From NCBI RefSeq assembly GCF_009914755.1, contig NC_060927.1: 64,000 bases of DNA; one strand, given 5' to 3'. The position numbers and the translations under genes are program-made. Positions 1 through 12,449 of this stretch are shown in pieces (the stretch's first letter is position 1; each line of letters starts with the position of its first letter). The notes beneath the pieces are model-generated. The model saw only the letters and a program-made list of their open reading frames with translations. It searched no databases and was not told the origin of the DNA. Source of the stretch: the human T2T-CHM13v2.0 reference genome, Homo sapiens.

Positions 1-537
1 TTTTGATGTATTCCAACTTACCTATTTTCTCTTTCATTGCTGTCATATCTAAGAAACGATTGCCTAATTCAAGGTCATGAAGTTTTTCACCTATGTTTTC
101 TTTTAAGAGTTCTATAGTTTTAGCTCTCATATTTACATCCTGATCCATTTAGAGGTTTTTTTTTAATATAAGGTGTGAGTTACAGTGTCCAATTTCATTT
201 CTGTGAATACATTTCTTTTGATTAATGCTTCCATGACATATATTTTTCTGTATTTTTACTTTAACCTACCTATCTTGTTATATTTAATGCAAATTTCTTG
301 TAGACAGCATGGATTCTATTCCTTTATTTGCTGTATTTAGACCATTTACATTTAATGAAATTGTTGATATGTTAGGGCTTAAGCCTGCCATTTTATTTTC
401 TGTTTTCCGTTTATTCTCTCTGATTTTTCTGATTTCATTTTGTTTCTCTGGTTTGTTTTTCTTTCTGTCATCCTGTGGGTTGCTTGAACATTTTCTAGAT
501 TTCATTTTCTAGAATTTGGTTTATCTATAGTGTATCC

Positions 538-832
538 TTTTATTTTTTGAGTCAGAGTCTCACTCTGTCACTCAGGCTGGAGTGGAGTGGCATGATCTCA
601 GCTCACCGCAACCTCTGCCTCCTGGGTTCAAGTGATTCTTAAGCCTCAGCCTCCTGAGTAGCTGGGATTACAGGCATGTGCCACCACACCTAGCTAATTT
701 TTTTGTATTTTTAGTAGAGACAGGGTTTCACCATGTTGATAAGGCTGGTCTTGAACTCCTGACCTTAAGTGATCCACCCACCTTGGCCTCCGAAAGTGCT
801 GAGATTACAGGCGTGAGCCACTGCGCCTGGCC
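538..832 (-). mobile_element. Alu (AluS-type), full length
   Basis: Antisense Alu dimer; TSD tatctatagtgt at 522-533 and 833-844. Confidence 0.95.
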
Positions 833-961
833 TATCTATAGTGTTTCTGAGGATATCTCTTTTTATAGTGTTTTAGTGATTGCTCTATGTATTATATGTA
901 CACAGCCTAGCATAGTCTACTGACGTCATTTTACCAGTTTGAATAAATTATAGAAAATTTG

Positions 962-1116
962 TCTTTCTTTATTTTTATTTTGTTTTCTTTATTTTTATTT
1001 ATTTATTTATTTTTTTATGTTGCCCAGGTTGATCTCAAACTCCTAGACTCAAGTGATCCTCCCACCTTGGCCTCCCAAAAGTATTGTGATTAAGGCTTGA
1101 GTCACTGCTCCCAGCC
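962..1116 (-). mobile_element. Alu monomer (FLAM/AluJ left arm) with T-rich tail
   Basis: 'tgcccaggttgatctcaaactcct...gagtcactgctcccagcc' preceded by (TTTA)n. Confidence 0.85.
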
Positions 1117-1662
1117 AAGTTTCTTTACCCTTTCTCTTTTATAATTGTTTTAAATATTTTCTGTGCACACATTTAATATCACATCAGATAATGTTATAAT
1201 TTTTGTTGCACTCATCAAATGTAAATGAGAAAATTGGAGAGGAGAAGGAAAGTCTATTTATTTATCTGTATTTTTGTTTGCCATACTCTTTTTTCCTGCT
1301 TGATATTCTACAGTTCCTGCTTTTGTCATTTCCTTTCTGTTTAGAGGACTTCCTTTAATCTTTCTTCTAGGGTAGGGATGCTAGAGACAAATTCTCTTAG
1401 TTTTCTTTTATCTGAGAAATGTCTTAATTTCTCCTTTATTTATGGAGGACATTTTCTCTGGATATAAAGTTCTGGTTTGGCACTTCTTTTTTTCCACACT
1501 TAAAAGACGTTGTGAGAATTCCTTTTGGCCTCCATTGTTGCTGATGAGAATGCCACTGTCATTTGGATTGTTTTTGTCTTATAGGTGTCATTTGTTTTTT
1601 GCTGCTTTCAAGATAATTACTTTGTCTTTAGTTTTCAGAAGTATGACTATGAAGTTTCTTGG

Positions 1663-2552
1663 TATTTTGGACTGAATTATCTCCACCACCACTGCTCCTC
1701 CCCCTCAAATCTATATGTTGAAGCCCAAATCCCCCAATATGATTGAATTTGGAGATAGGACCTTTAAGGAGATAATTAAGGCTAAATGAGCTCATAAGAG
1801 TGGGGCCCCAATACTATAGAACTAATGTCCTTTCAAGAAGGGGAAGAAACACCAGATCTTTCTCCCTTTCTCTCTGTCTGTGGATGTAGAGGAAAGGCCA
1901 TGTGAGGACACAGTGAGAAGGTAGCCATCTGCAAACCAGGAAGAAAGGCCTCACCAGGAACCTACCCTGCCAGCTCATTGATCTTGGACTTGTGAACCCC
2001 AAAAATCTGAGACAGCTTTCAGCGAATTTAGAAAATTTATTTTGCCAAGGTTGAGGATGCACTCTACTGACACAGCCTCAGGAGGTCCTGATGACATGGG
2101 CCAAAGATGGTCAGAGCACAGTCTGATTTTACACATTCTAGGGAGACATGTGACATCAATCAACATAAGCAAGATGAACACTGGTTCAGTCTGGAAAGGT
2201 GGAACAACTCGAAGCAAAGGTGGGAAGAGTAGAAGAGGGGAGGGGGCTTCCAGGTCATAGGTAGATAAGAGACAAATTGTTGCCTTCTTTTGAGTTTCCG
2301 ATTAGCCTCTCCAAAGGAGGCAATTAGATATGCATTTATCTCAGTGAGCAGTGGAGTGACTTAGAATAGAAAGGGAGGCAGGTTTGCCCTAAGCAGTTCC
2401 CAGCTTGAGTTTTCCCTTCAGCTTAGTGATTTTGGGGCCCCAAGATTTATTTTCCTTTCTTTTAGCATCTGGACTGTAAGAAAATAAGTTTCTGTTGGTG
2501 AAGCCATCTAGTCCGTGATATTCTGTAATGGCAGCCTGAGTAGACTAATATA
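1663..2552 (+). mobile_element. MLT1A/B-type MaLR solo LTR, split by a MER4A LTR
   Basis: MLT1 motifs 'gaaaggccatgtgaggacacagtgagaagg' and terminal 'gcagcctgagtagactaatata'; 5-bp TSD cttgg at 1658-1662 and 2553-2557. Confidence 0.85.
1991..2460 (-). mobile_element. MER4A-type ERV1 solo LTR
   Basis: 'tgtgaaccccaaaaatctgagacag...gacacagcctcaggaggtcctgatgacatg...caagatttattttcctttc' matches recalled MER4A. Confidence 0.85.
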
Positions 2553-5334
2553 CTTGGTGTAAATTTTTTTGAGTTTATCTTGTTTGTGGTTTGCTAACCT
2601 TGATTCTGTAGGTTTATGTCTTTTGCCTAATTAGGAAGTTTTTGGTAATTATTTCTTCAGATGCTTTTTCAGCTCTGCCCTCTTTTTCCTCTCCTCCTGG
2701 GACTCCAATGACGTGAAGGTTGACTCCTTGGTTATAGTCCCATGACTTCCTGAAGCTCTATTTATTTATTTGTATAATCTATATTCTTTTATTTAGATTG
2801 GGTAATTTCTATTGCTTTATCTTCCAGTTGACTGTTCTTTCATCTGTTCTACCCATTCTAATTTTGAGCCCATGCGTTGAGGTTTTTTAATTTTGGTTAA
2901 TGTATTTTTCAAATCTATAATTTACGTATTGCTGTTCTTCATATTTTCTATTTCTTTGGAGAGACTTTCTATTTCTTTGCTAAAATGATGTTTTTTCATT
3001 TGTTTTAAGAGTGTTCTTAATTGCTTGTTAAAGCATTTTTGTGGAGGCTGCTTTAAAAGTTTTTGTCAGTTAATTCTAACATCTATGTCAAGTTTCGTGT
3101 TGGCAGCTATACATTTTTTAAATTTAATTTGAGATCTTTCCAGTTCTTCATATGATGCATGCTTTTTTATTGAAATATGGGCATTTTGGGTTTTATGTTA
3201 TGAAGACTCTGGATGTTATGTAAACTTTCTGTTTTAGCTGGCTTCCTCTGATGCTAGTGGGCAAAGCAAGAGTTCTAGCTCGCCAGTGGCCTTATATTAT
3301 GAAAGGATGAGGGACTTTACTGCCCTGTGGGATACAAGTCTTGCCTTCCAGCTCTTCCTTCCTACATAGTAGAGTGCTTTGTTGTGCTTTGTTAAACAGC
3401 CTCTCAGGAGAGAAGCCTGGGCACCTCAGTCAGCCTTGGCTGCTGTGGCTCAGGAAGGGGCCACAGTTATTTCTGTGGTATGTGGCTGGAGTAGACCAGT
3501 TATTTTCTAAAAGCTTTCCCCTTGCTGGGCAGCCCATTTGCTAGCCTTTAGCTGAAGAGCAGAATTTGTGGGGATACTTTTGTCTGTGCCTATTAGCATT
3601 TCTGGATTTCTGGCTTCTTCAGTGGCAAGTCTGAAATATGTGAAGTGAAAAAGCAAAGACCCAAAACCCCAAACCAAACAAACCCAGGGAACGTTCCACT
3701 ATGTTGTTCTTTGGGGGTTAAGTTGCCTAGCTCATCTGTCTTCCCTCTACCTTTCAGACTCTCCTAATGTTTGTTTTATGTATAATGCCCAGGGTTTGTA
3801 GTTCTACTTAGCAGGTGGAATAGGAAAAAGTATGTCTACATCTTCCCTGATGTGGAAGTCCCCTGAATTCTATCATTTAACTGCTCATGATTTTGCAATT
3901 ATTCCATTGTGGATTTTGGCTGTTCTAGATTTGACACAGACAGTTTTTCTTTTCACATGCACATCACCTGAGCCAAGAGAGCACCCTAGGCCACGTGTCA
4001 AACACCCTGTGGCAATAAGTTAACATTGTCAAGTCTCCCTAATGAAGCATGTTGACAAATATGTTATACATACAATTCGGTGCTGGCTTTATATTTCTGC
4101 ATTTATATCTATGCATATTATATAGTTTTATATACTGAGTAGCTTTTTAACATACTACCAGCCACCTATTCCATTTGGAATTAAAACCTTTCTGGGGTTT
4201 TTAAAAAGCTGTAGAAAAAGCAGAAATTAGCACTCTAAAAATGGTTTATTTTATAGCCAAATGTCAACTAATTATTCCCATAGGTTGAAAATTCTTGCTC
4301 ATTTTAACTAGGGTTATGTTCATTTTCAGAGGAAAAAAATCCCCCTCTGTCAAAACATGAACCCCCCTCCCCCACAACCTCTTTGTTATAAAAAGTTAAG
4401 TGTTTCCTCATCTGGATTTTACTATCATAGTCTTATAAATGACCAGATTATTAAGCATAGCCTTCCTGGGTATGTTCATGAAAATGAAGATTATAGTTTT
4501 CAGTCAATGGGCAACTCCTTATGAATCTGTGGATGTTTGATGTACAAGCCCCTGCCTGGGGCTGATGATACAGTGAGCAGGGTCTTACTGAGAGTCACCT
4601 GACTCAGCATCTCCTTCCAACCACCGCCTTTTCATTCACTGATATTGTGTCCAGAGCATGCTCAGTTTTCCTGTCTTTCACTGTTCTTAGCTCAGTTGGT
4701 TACATCTTAGGGAATCCCTTTCTTATTTGTGCTCTTGCCTTTAATTTAATCCCGGTCCACAACTCTTTCCCTTCCAAATGCTTCAAAAATCTCAGAATCA
4801 TAGTTGCTTCTTATACAAGTATGAGGCAAAGACCTGGAGAAAATCAAATGTGATTTTGCTAAAATATGTATATTAATAGTGGAAAGAGAGAATAAGATCT
4901 CTTGTTCTCTATCAAAAAAAGGTATTCCTGTCTTTGTTACATTTCTGTAACTCTCTCTTTCTCTCTTTGTTATATTTCTGTAATCTCCCTGGGGGCAAGG
5001 AAGGGAAAAATAAAACACCACTAACAATGGGTGATTAATGGCAGGAATAAACCCAAATCAAACAAAAAAAGCCATGCATAGACAAGTGAAGTTTGATAAA
5101 TAGCCAGTGTCCTCTAATGTGAATCCTTTTTGACATTTCTGGAATACAACCCACCTGGTATCAAGCTGAAGAGGAACTGAGTAGGTTCTCCTTGGTATTC
5201 TCATAGAAAAAGGTGAAAACATATACTATTAGTCGATATTTGTTGTAAAACAAATGAAGTCTTTTATTCTGGTTGAAAGTGATGGAAAGACAATAAAAAA
5301 TCCTGAAACATAAAGGGAAAATTTTTGGCTCATG

Positions 5335-5790
5335 TATTTATGAAACAAGCTTGAGGCACAGGTGGATCTAGGTGTTAAAAAGTTGAAGTCAGGAATTCAT
5401 TTTTTATATTGCTTAGCTTTGCCATCCTGTATTGGTTTAATTTCCAAGTAGGCTTGTCATTAAAAAAAAAAAATGTAAGCAGCACGAGGTTTGTGTCTTA
5501 CAAAATTAGAGACCCTTGGGGAATTAAGATATTTTCCCCAATAGTTTCAGTAAAAGTCATGCACATTGGCTGTGACTAGAACTGCTAGTGTTATATGCAC
5601 ATCTTTTGACTTCCTCTAATTTTCTGACTTCTTGACCTCTGTTATGGAGTCAGTTCTATTTAAACATAAACTGAAAGTAGGAAAGGAATTACTCTCCTCC
5701 TCTGCCCACCAAAATTGAAATTCTATCAGCAGAAGAAGAGCAAAGGATGCCAGAAGGTTAAATCAACATGTATCTACTACCCACAGAGAA
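5335..5790. mobile_element. Degraded old MaLR LTR (MLT1J/K-like)
   Basis: 'gcttgaggcacaggtggatctagg...gcttagctttgccatcctgtattgg' resembles the old MLT1 core. Confidence 0.4.
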
Positions 5791-6189
5791 GATAGTAATG
5801 TGGATACATAATGAGGTCAGGGAGAATTAATCCCATGAACACCAAGGCTATCCTTGCTATTGTTGGTTTAGGTATCTCTTCTGAACTAGGGGTAGGATCC
5901 TCAAGGTTCCAGTTATTCTTAAAATCTGTTTTAGAATCTTTCTAAAAGTCTTTATCTATCTTGTCCTTTTTAATTAAAAGGCATGAGTTTTCAAGATGCA
6001 TTTTAAAAAGAAACTTTTATTCAATGTTATTTCTTCTGCTTTGTTTAACCTGTACCAACAAGGCAATATGAACCGTATTTGTGTATGCTTTACTCTAGCA
6101 AAGTTACAGGCTACATAAGTTTGGGGACTAGACTGGAAACTTAATCACATTTTAAAACCATTTTTTCATGGAAAAAACATTTCAAATGG

Positions 6190-6552
6190 TAATAGGATCC
6201 TCCGAGCCATGTGCAGGATATAATCTCCTGGTGTGCCGTTTGTTAAGCCCATTGGAAAAGCGCAGTATTAGGGTGGGAGCAACCCGATTTTCCAGGTGCC
6301 ATCTGTCACCCCTTTCTTTGACTAGGAATTCCCTGACCCCTTGCTTTTCCCAGGCGAGGTGATGCCTCGCTCTGCTTTGGCTCACCCACAGTGTGCTGCA
6401 CTCACTGTCCTGCACCCACTGTCCGGCACTCCCCATTGAGATGAACCCGGTACCTCAGTTGGAAATGCAGAAATCACCTGTCTTCTGCGTCGCTCATGCT
6501 GGGAGCTGTAGACTGGAGCTGTTCCTATTTGGCCATCTTGGCTCCACCCTCC
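6190..6552 (-). mobile_element. Isolated first ~360 nt of an L1PA 5'UTR (internal promoter)
   Basis: Reverse complement begins ggagggtggagccaagatggccaaataggaacagctccagtctacagctcccagc, the L1PA 5' terminus including the YY1 site; no L1 body follows. Confidence 0.92.
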
Positions 6553-6981
6553 TTTTCATTTAAGGAAATCTTGTTGCTCTGTGATTCCTCACCCATCAGA
6601 TCCATAGCCTTCATAGGTTAGGAATGGGCAAGTATCACCCAGAAGAAAGAGATCATTGTTGATTGAGTGTTGGGTTTGGGATGGGGCCGAAGAATTTGCA
6701 TTCTAACATATTTTTCTAACATGCTGATCTTTAGAGCACTTTGAAAGCAACCTAGAGAGATAATAGTCTTGAAAGTCAAGTTTACTGAGATAGAACAAAG
6801 ATTTATAAATTTTAGAGTTTCCATTTCCATATCAATACCAAAACCTGGAGTTCTAAAACTGGTTTTACCATAAATAGATGTAAGTAGGCCTTGCCAGACA
6901 GGACAAAAAATCCTGCTGCTACTGGACAGAGGTGGGGAAGGAGACAAAATGACTAAGAAAAGATAGAATGTTCTTACTCCT

Positions 6982-7293
6982 AGCCAGGTGCAGTGGCTTA
7001 TGCCTGTAATCCCAGTACTTTGGGAGGCCAAGGTGGGCTGATCACTTGAGGCCAGGAGTTTGAGACCATCCTGGCCAACATAGTGAAACCCTGTCTCTAC
7101 TAAAAATACAAAAATTAGCCAGGCTTGGTGGTGTGTTTCTGTAGTCCCAGCTACTCAGGGGGCTGAGGCAGGAGAATTGCTTGAACCAGGAGGAGGAGGT
7201 TGCAGTGAGCTGAATATTGTGCTATTGCACTCCAGCCTGGACCACAGACTGATACTGTCTAAAAAAAAAACTCAATAAAATAAATAAATAAAT
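6982..7293 (+). mobile_element. Alu (AluS/J boundary type), full length
   Basis: Sense Alu with A/(TAAA)n tail; TSD aatgttcttact on both sides. Confidence 0.95.
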
Positions 7294-9133
7294 AATGTTC
7301 TTACTGCCTTTCCCCTAACACCATCTTAGAGTCTAGTGTAAATCATTGGAAGTAGCAATTAGTGGTTAATTTGGAGAAATTAAGGCCTAGCCAAAGATGG
7401 GGCCCATATTCTTGCCTAGCTTGGTTTAGGCCTCTCAGGAAGCTCTGTGCCATCATGAGGTGATTGCAGAACTCGCCATGGTGGATGGCATCCAGGGGCA
7501 AGAAAGGGGTCTGAGACATGGCTCTTCTTTTTCTGTATGGCTTGTGCATGATGTTGAATAAATCTAGAAGTTCCTATGAGACTCTGGTGGCTGAGTGAGG
7601 GGATGCAAAGGTAGCCAAGAATAAAGAGCTGGAGAGTACTCCAGGGAGTGGACACAGCACAGTGCACGGATCTGTAGAACCAGGCAGATTTTGCCACTTG
7701 GTAGACACGCAGAGGGTCAGCAGCTCTCAAAAGACAAGGAGGGAGACTGTCCATAGGGAAGAAGCTGAGTTCCCCAGGAGCGGGCTTAGTATTGCCCACA
7801 TGGAGACAACAGGCCAACCGCACACACTTGAGCACAGAATGCAGTGCATGAGGGCTAGGAGAGAGAAGCAACAACACACCGGGAGAATGCTGGGAGCTTG
7901 CAGAGAATGTCAACACCAGAAGCAGACAGCTCTTTCATTCCTTGGGCTTAGAGCCATTCAGGGAAAATGAGGGTAAAACTGGCAGGACTGAGCACCCAAC
8001 CCCAAAGCTCTTGGTTTACCTGAATGTGACTGTTCTAAATTGGGCAAGCAGAAGTGTGTCTTTTCACAACAACTCATCAGAATGGGAGCGCCAAAGAAAA
8101 AGGAGGGCAGATAAAGAAAACAACAGTATTCTGGGAGAAGGGGCGGTGGTGCTAGGGATTACATTTTAACCCTGTCATGTTATTTCCAGGACAGATATAA
8201 TTCAGAGGTAACTCAACATGTTATAAATAATGTGATTTTCATATATTTGTTTAAAATGCCACACTCTTGTAATCTTCACCTTTTATTTAGTTCCAAAATT
8301 TCAACAAATGACCCTGAAGAGCTCTCTATTGATACTTTGGGCCAAGATCTTGCTAGACACTGGAATCTTAGGTGGCTTCCACCATGGCTGGGATCTAAGC
8401 TGGGGCCTAGGCACTGCTGACCATTAGGCCTTGGGCATTTCTGGAGAATTTCTGGTGAACTGGTGACGGGGGCTAAGGGAAATCTGCCTGAGGGGTCTAA
8501 GGAACCACCTGAGGGGGAGTTCGTCTTACGGAAGGAAAGCAGGCAGTCTGCAAATGTCCCTTTCACAAAGCTGTGGTTGTCGAGGGAGGAGAAGGGATGG
8601 TGTAGTGAATGATATTCTAATTTATTCCTAGTCTGGCTCTTGGATGTATCTCTTTATTTTCAGGTACAGTCTCAAAAAACTCTTTAAATGCCGTTGTACA
8701 TTGGGGCCCAACAGCGCTGCTTTCAGGCTTTTGTTCTAAGCAGAAGGACAGGCGTTCTTCTTGCTTTGTCACTGAATACTGAGATCTTTGCCTTCTTGAT
8801 GGGTGGGGTGGCCATGGAGAATGCTGGCTTTCAGAGGAGAAATTAGATAGAGTCTGATGTCCCATTTGGCCGGGCAGCATAGCCACAGAGCCTGGTAGAT
8901 CACAGTTATTTGGGAGCCCACTTGAAGTACCCGATAAGGACTTCTAAGGACTTCCAAAAAATGTGACAGGCCTTCTGTGAAGTACAAATGGCCCTAAATG
9001 AACAGGTGAGGGCAAAATGAAAATTTAGTCACCACCCTGAGAATCACTAATTCAAACATTTTATTTAGAATAATCTTTTTTTTTTTTTTAAAGGATTTTA
9101 GTACTTCAAAGGCTGGAAAACTGCCTTTTTATC

Positions 9134-9299
9134 AAGGCTAGACTTGCAAGGCCCAGTGCAAACTGAAAACACAGCGTCCATGTTTAGAAACTAAGACTTT
9201 CAAGGCAGCAACAGCAGAGCATTAAAGCAACTGCAGTGTGCGCCTGCGTGCAGGGCCCTGTGTGACTGTGCAGGTTGCACAGCCATGAAGCTGGCCCTA
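9134..9299 (-). mobile_element. MER45A (hAT-Tip100 DNA transposon fossil)
   Basis: Reverse complement 'agggccagcttcatggctgtgcaacctgcacagtcacacagggccctg...tttgcactgggcc' matches recalled MER45A. Confidence 0.8.
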
Positions 9300-9416
9300 G
9301 GATCACTTACCAGCCAGAACAAACAGACAAAAATAAAATATTCTTTATCCATCTCCCACTTTTTCTCCATGCTGCACCTCAGGTTCTAGCCAAATTAACT
9401 TTAGATTCTTTGAAAG

Positions 9417-9920
9417 TGTCTGAAGTTGGGTTCCCTGAAAGGTGTATTTACTTGGAGGTGATTTTTTTGAGGAAGCGCTCCAGGGAGGCCAGTAAGAGCC
9501 TGGAGGAAGCAGGACAAGCAGAGGGGGAAGCTGAGCAAATGTGTCATCTTTCTTTTCTCTCTCTCTCTTTTTTTTGTACAATTTTAAAATTCATTTTATT
9601 TTGCTATGTTTCCATCTTTCTGTGTTTCCCTGGCTGGTCTCAAACTCCTGAGCTCAAGTGATCCTCCTGTCTCAGCCTCCTGAGTAGCCCAGCCAAGTGT
9701 GCTATCTTGATACCAGGAGAAGGCCCATAAAGGGAAGGCTTCAGCTTGAGTCCCCGAGGGAACTTGAGTGTAATTTCATCTCAGAGTTATCCCAAGCTAA
9801 GATAAGGGAGATGGGTATTCACATCCAGTGCACTGACTAGTATTGGTTAATAGCTGCCTAGTGCCTCTGGGCAAACCTGCTGGGCTCCCGAAGACTAGCA
9901 GCAGGTTCTGGCCATTGAAA
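9417..9920. mobile_element. Degraded ERVL LTR (LTR16/LTR33-like), interrupted by an Alu fragment at ~9548-9693
   Basis: 'tgtctgaagttgggttccctgaa...tttacttggaggtgat'; Alu piece 'ctggctggtctcaaactcctgagctcaagtgatcctcc'. Confidence 0.45.
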
Positions 9921-11259
9921 GGCAGGGAGTGGTAACTCCCATTTGTCTTTCAGGTCACCCCTTAGCCCTTGCATCTCTGAGAAGCCTTTCTTCCCTGATT
10001 CCTAGATGTCCCCAGATGATGCAAGCTTCTTGAAAAAATGTCCTTGTCTTGTTCATTTTTGCACTTCTAAAACCTAGGAGGCACCTAATGAGTATTTGTG
10101 TAATGGATGAAGAAATGAAGGTACCTCATCTAATGAGAGAGCATCAGCCCAACAACTTTTATTCTCTTCTAAACCATTTTGGGCTTGTTAGGGAGACATA
10201 GTCTTAAACTTCTCTTTCAGGGTGGTTCAGTGCCCCAGACTATTACTATTAGATTTTTTCCAATATATTAAAAAGCTAATAAAAATTAATACCTTCAAAA
10301 CCCAAAGTATAGCCACATAAATAATTCCACATACATGAGCCGTGAATTCACCAGTGACTTAAAATATAACCATACCTCCAGTGAATCCGCATTTTATAAG
10401 CCATTAAATCTCTCTTTTTTATGTGAACAGAAGGTGCATCCAGGACTTCTAATTGTTAAGAATTTTCCTTTTGTTTCCCAGTGAGGGCAAAAGCTATATT
10501 CTTTTTGAAATGGGTACAACCCTGTAATGGCATGCTTTCCTATTTGGATATGACAGATATCCTCTCAGGAACTAAACTCATTTCTGCATGACATACTTGA
10601 GACTTGGAGAAGTAAACTACAATTTATCTCCTCTAAATTGCACTCCCCAGTTCAGAGCAGGAGGCAGATAACCTCAATGTGAACTTTGCCTATGGATGTT
10701 TATCTACAGGCTCCAAATAATATGGATTTATTCTGGTAATATACAGACCATTTGGTAGATAACGTTGAGAGCAAATATTTTATTGCTGATTTCTTGTAAA
10801 TTATACATGGCTGTGTTTTAGTGGATTCTCCTTCCAAACCACAGACTCACAACATGAGTAGTTATACAGATTTTTATTATGATCTTGAATATTGACTTTT
10901 AATTATGCACTGGTTAACAAAACAAATAAGGCTGTCACTTCCATCAAGGGAGCATTAAGGATGGAGGGTATCCTTTTGACATCTCTTCTATCTTTCCATC
11001 CCAGTGCTACTTGCTTTAATATCACCCATGCCAGGCATAAAAAGGGAAAAATTTCACATTACTTTAAGAAGACCCTAGAGCAGTTTGTAGTTATGTTTAT
11101 TGCAAAAGATACAGGGCTTACAGTAATGGTAGCTGAAGGACACCTTAACAACCTTATTCAAGAGTAAGGAGGGAAATTCAAAGAGACGTGAGGCATTATT
11201 TCCATCTCAGTAGAAGACAGACTGGACACAAAATACATTTATATTGAAGCCAAAGAAGG

Positions 11260-11723
11260 TAGACAATTGAATGAACTTCCTGACTACAAGAATATTAGGG
11301 GAAAGAAGTCATCAAAAAATCCAAGAGCTAAATTCCACTCTTTTTGATATCTTTTGGTTCTTAACATGGCCTTATAGAAGACTCAGTAACTCAGTATCTG
11401 ACAGCAATGGCCCAAAAGTTTTGCAGATCTGAGGTCAGCATCCAGAAACGGTGACCCCTCTGACACCCCTCGCATTCTAAGACTCAGTGATCTCATCCTT
11501 GGAGATAATAAGAGGTGATGAGAAACTTCTATGTGACGTGTATATTTTTAGATTCTATTTCTAAGTATGAGGAGGGTTAAAGGCTTTTGAATTTCTTTTC
11601 TGGCAATTCAGGCAAGAAAATAGGTCAAGAGCTCAGTAGGACCAAGAAGATCAGTGATTTATTTCTGTACGGCGGTTGGTGTTCTTTTTAACCCTTTCTC
11701 ACAAGAATATCCTGAAATATATC
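11260..11723 (-). pseudogene. Candidate terminal exon remnant (3' boundary uncertain)
   Basis: Strong acceptor ccattaacattttctcacag|GAT at 11723; phase 0 matches the upstream 44-nt exon; DIFQDILVRKG* followed by broken frames. Confidence 0.35.
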
Positions 11724-12078
11724 CTGTGAGAAAATGTTAATGGTGAAGATAAATGCAGAATATTGAGGTCTTGGTGAATGTTAATTGTGTAATAAATCTT
11801 AGTAGAAAGTATGAATGTGATCCAGTGACTCTTTGACAATAGTATAGTTTGGATGCAATCAGGTTAATGTATTTTGTTTAGACTTATAGAAAATTTGAGC
11901 TGGAAAGGACCTCAGAAATCAAATCTAATTATATTATTATTCATTTAGTTTTTACTGGTGGAGCAACTGAGTCATTTGCCATCTGGATAATAGCATGGGT
12001 GCTGCAAATTCAATCCAGTGTGATGGTGTTTCCATTCCGTTACTCTCTTCTAGGATGCCAGTTCTCTCTGCACCTTAC

Positions 12079-12122
12079 CTTATGGAAAAAGCTAGAATTT
12101 TGTAGTTGTTTATTTTTTATCC
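12079..12122 (-). pseudogene. Candidate 44-nt exon
   Basis: ttttttgctatag|GG...CATAAG|gtaagg; open as IKNKQLQNSSFFHK. Confidence 0.45.
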
Positions 12123-12321
12123 CTATAGCAAAAAATGTAAGAAGATAGTTTTTTTTTCTCAATCTGTGAAAAATGTGAAAAATGGCAACTACTTTAATGT
12201 CTTGTACCAGGTTAAAATTTTTCCATCAATTCGGTGCCACCATGGCAACTTTCTAAACAAAAGAGCAATAAAAGGGTGGTGCTCATTATTCTTAAAAATC
12301 ATCATTACAGAAAACAATTAC

Positions 12322-12449
12322 TTGGTCAGTACTATGAAACAATATTTTTACAAACCCTAGCCAAGCAACAGGAAAGCTGTCACCATATAACATCATCTAT
12401 ATGAAGATCCACTGGGCTCCTTCTTATTTCATCAATTGACTTCCCTGTT
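12322..12449 (-). pseudogene. Candidate decayed transmembrane-encoding exon
   Basis: caacag|A...ACCAA|gtaatt; TGKSIDEIRRSPVDLHIDDV then, frame-shifted, MVTAFLLLG*GL*KYCFIVLT. Confidence 0.3.

Larger units (their letters stand above)
1..3860 (-). mobile_element. Old L1M LINE-1 (ORF2 fragment, endonuclease/ORF1 region and 5' end), fragmented by later insertions
   Basis: T-rich antisense L1 motifs (e.g. 'atttagaccatttacatttaatg'); minus ORF 284-505 ends 'SPNISTISLNVNGLN', the L1 endonuclease start motif. Confidence 0.75.

Noticed and set aside
4931-4987. ~24-bp direct repeat
   Set aside because: Ordinary local slippage duplication with only two copies
7416-7970. Overlapping 166-aa and 102-aa ORFs
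   Set aside because: Non-ATG starts, no recognisable domain, expected by chance in GC-richer DNA
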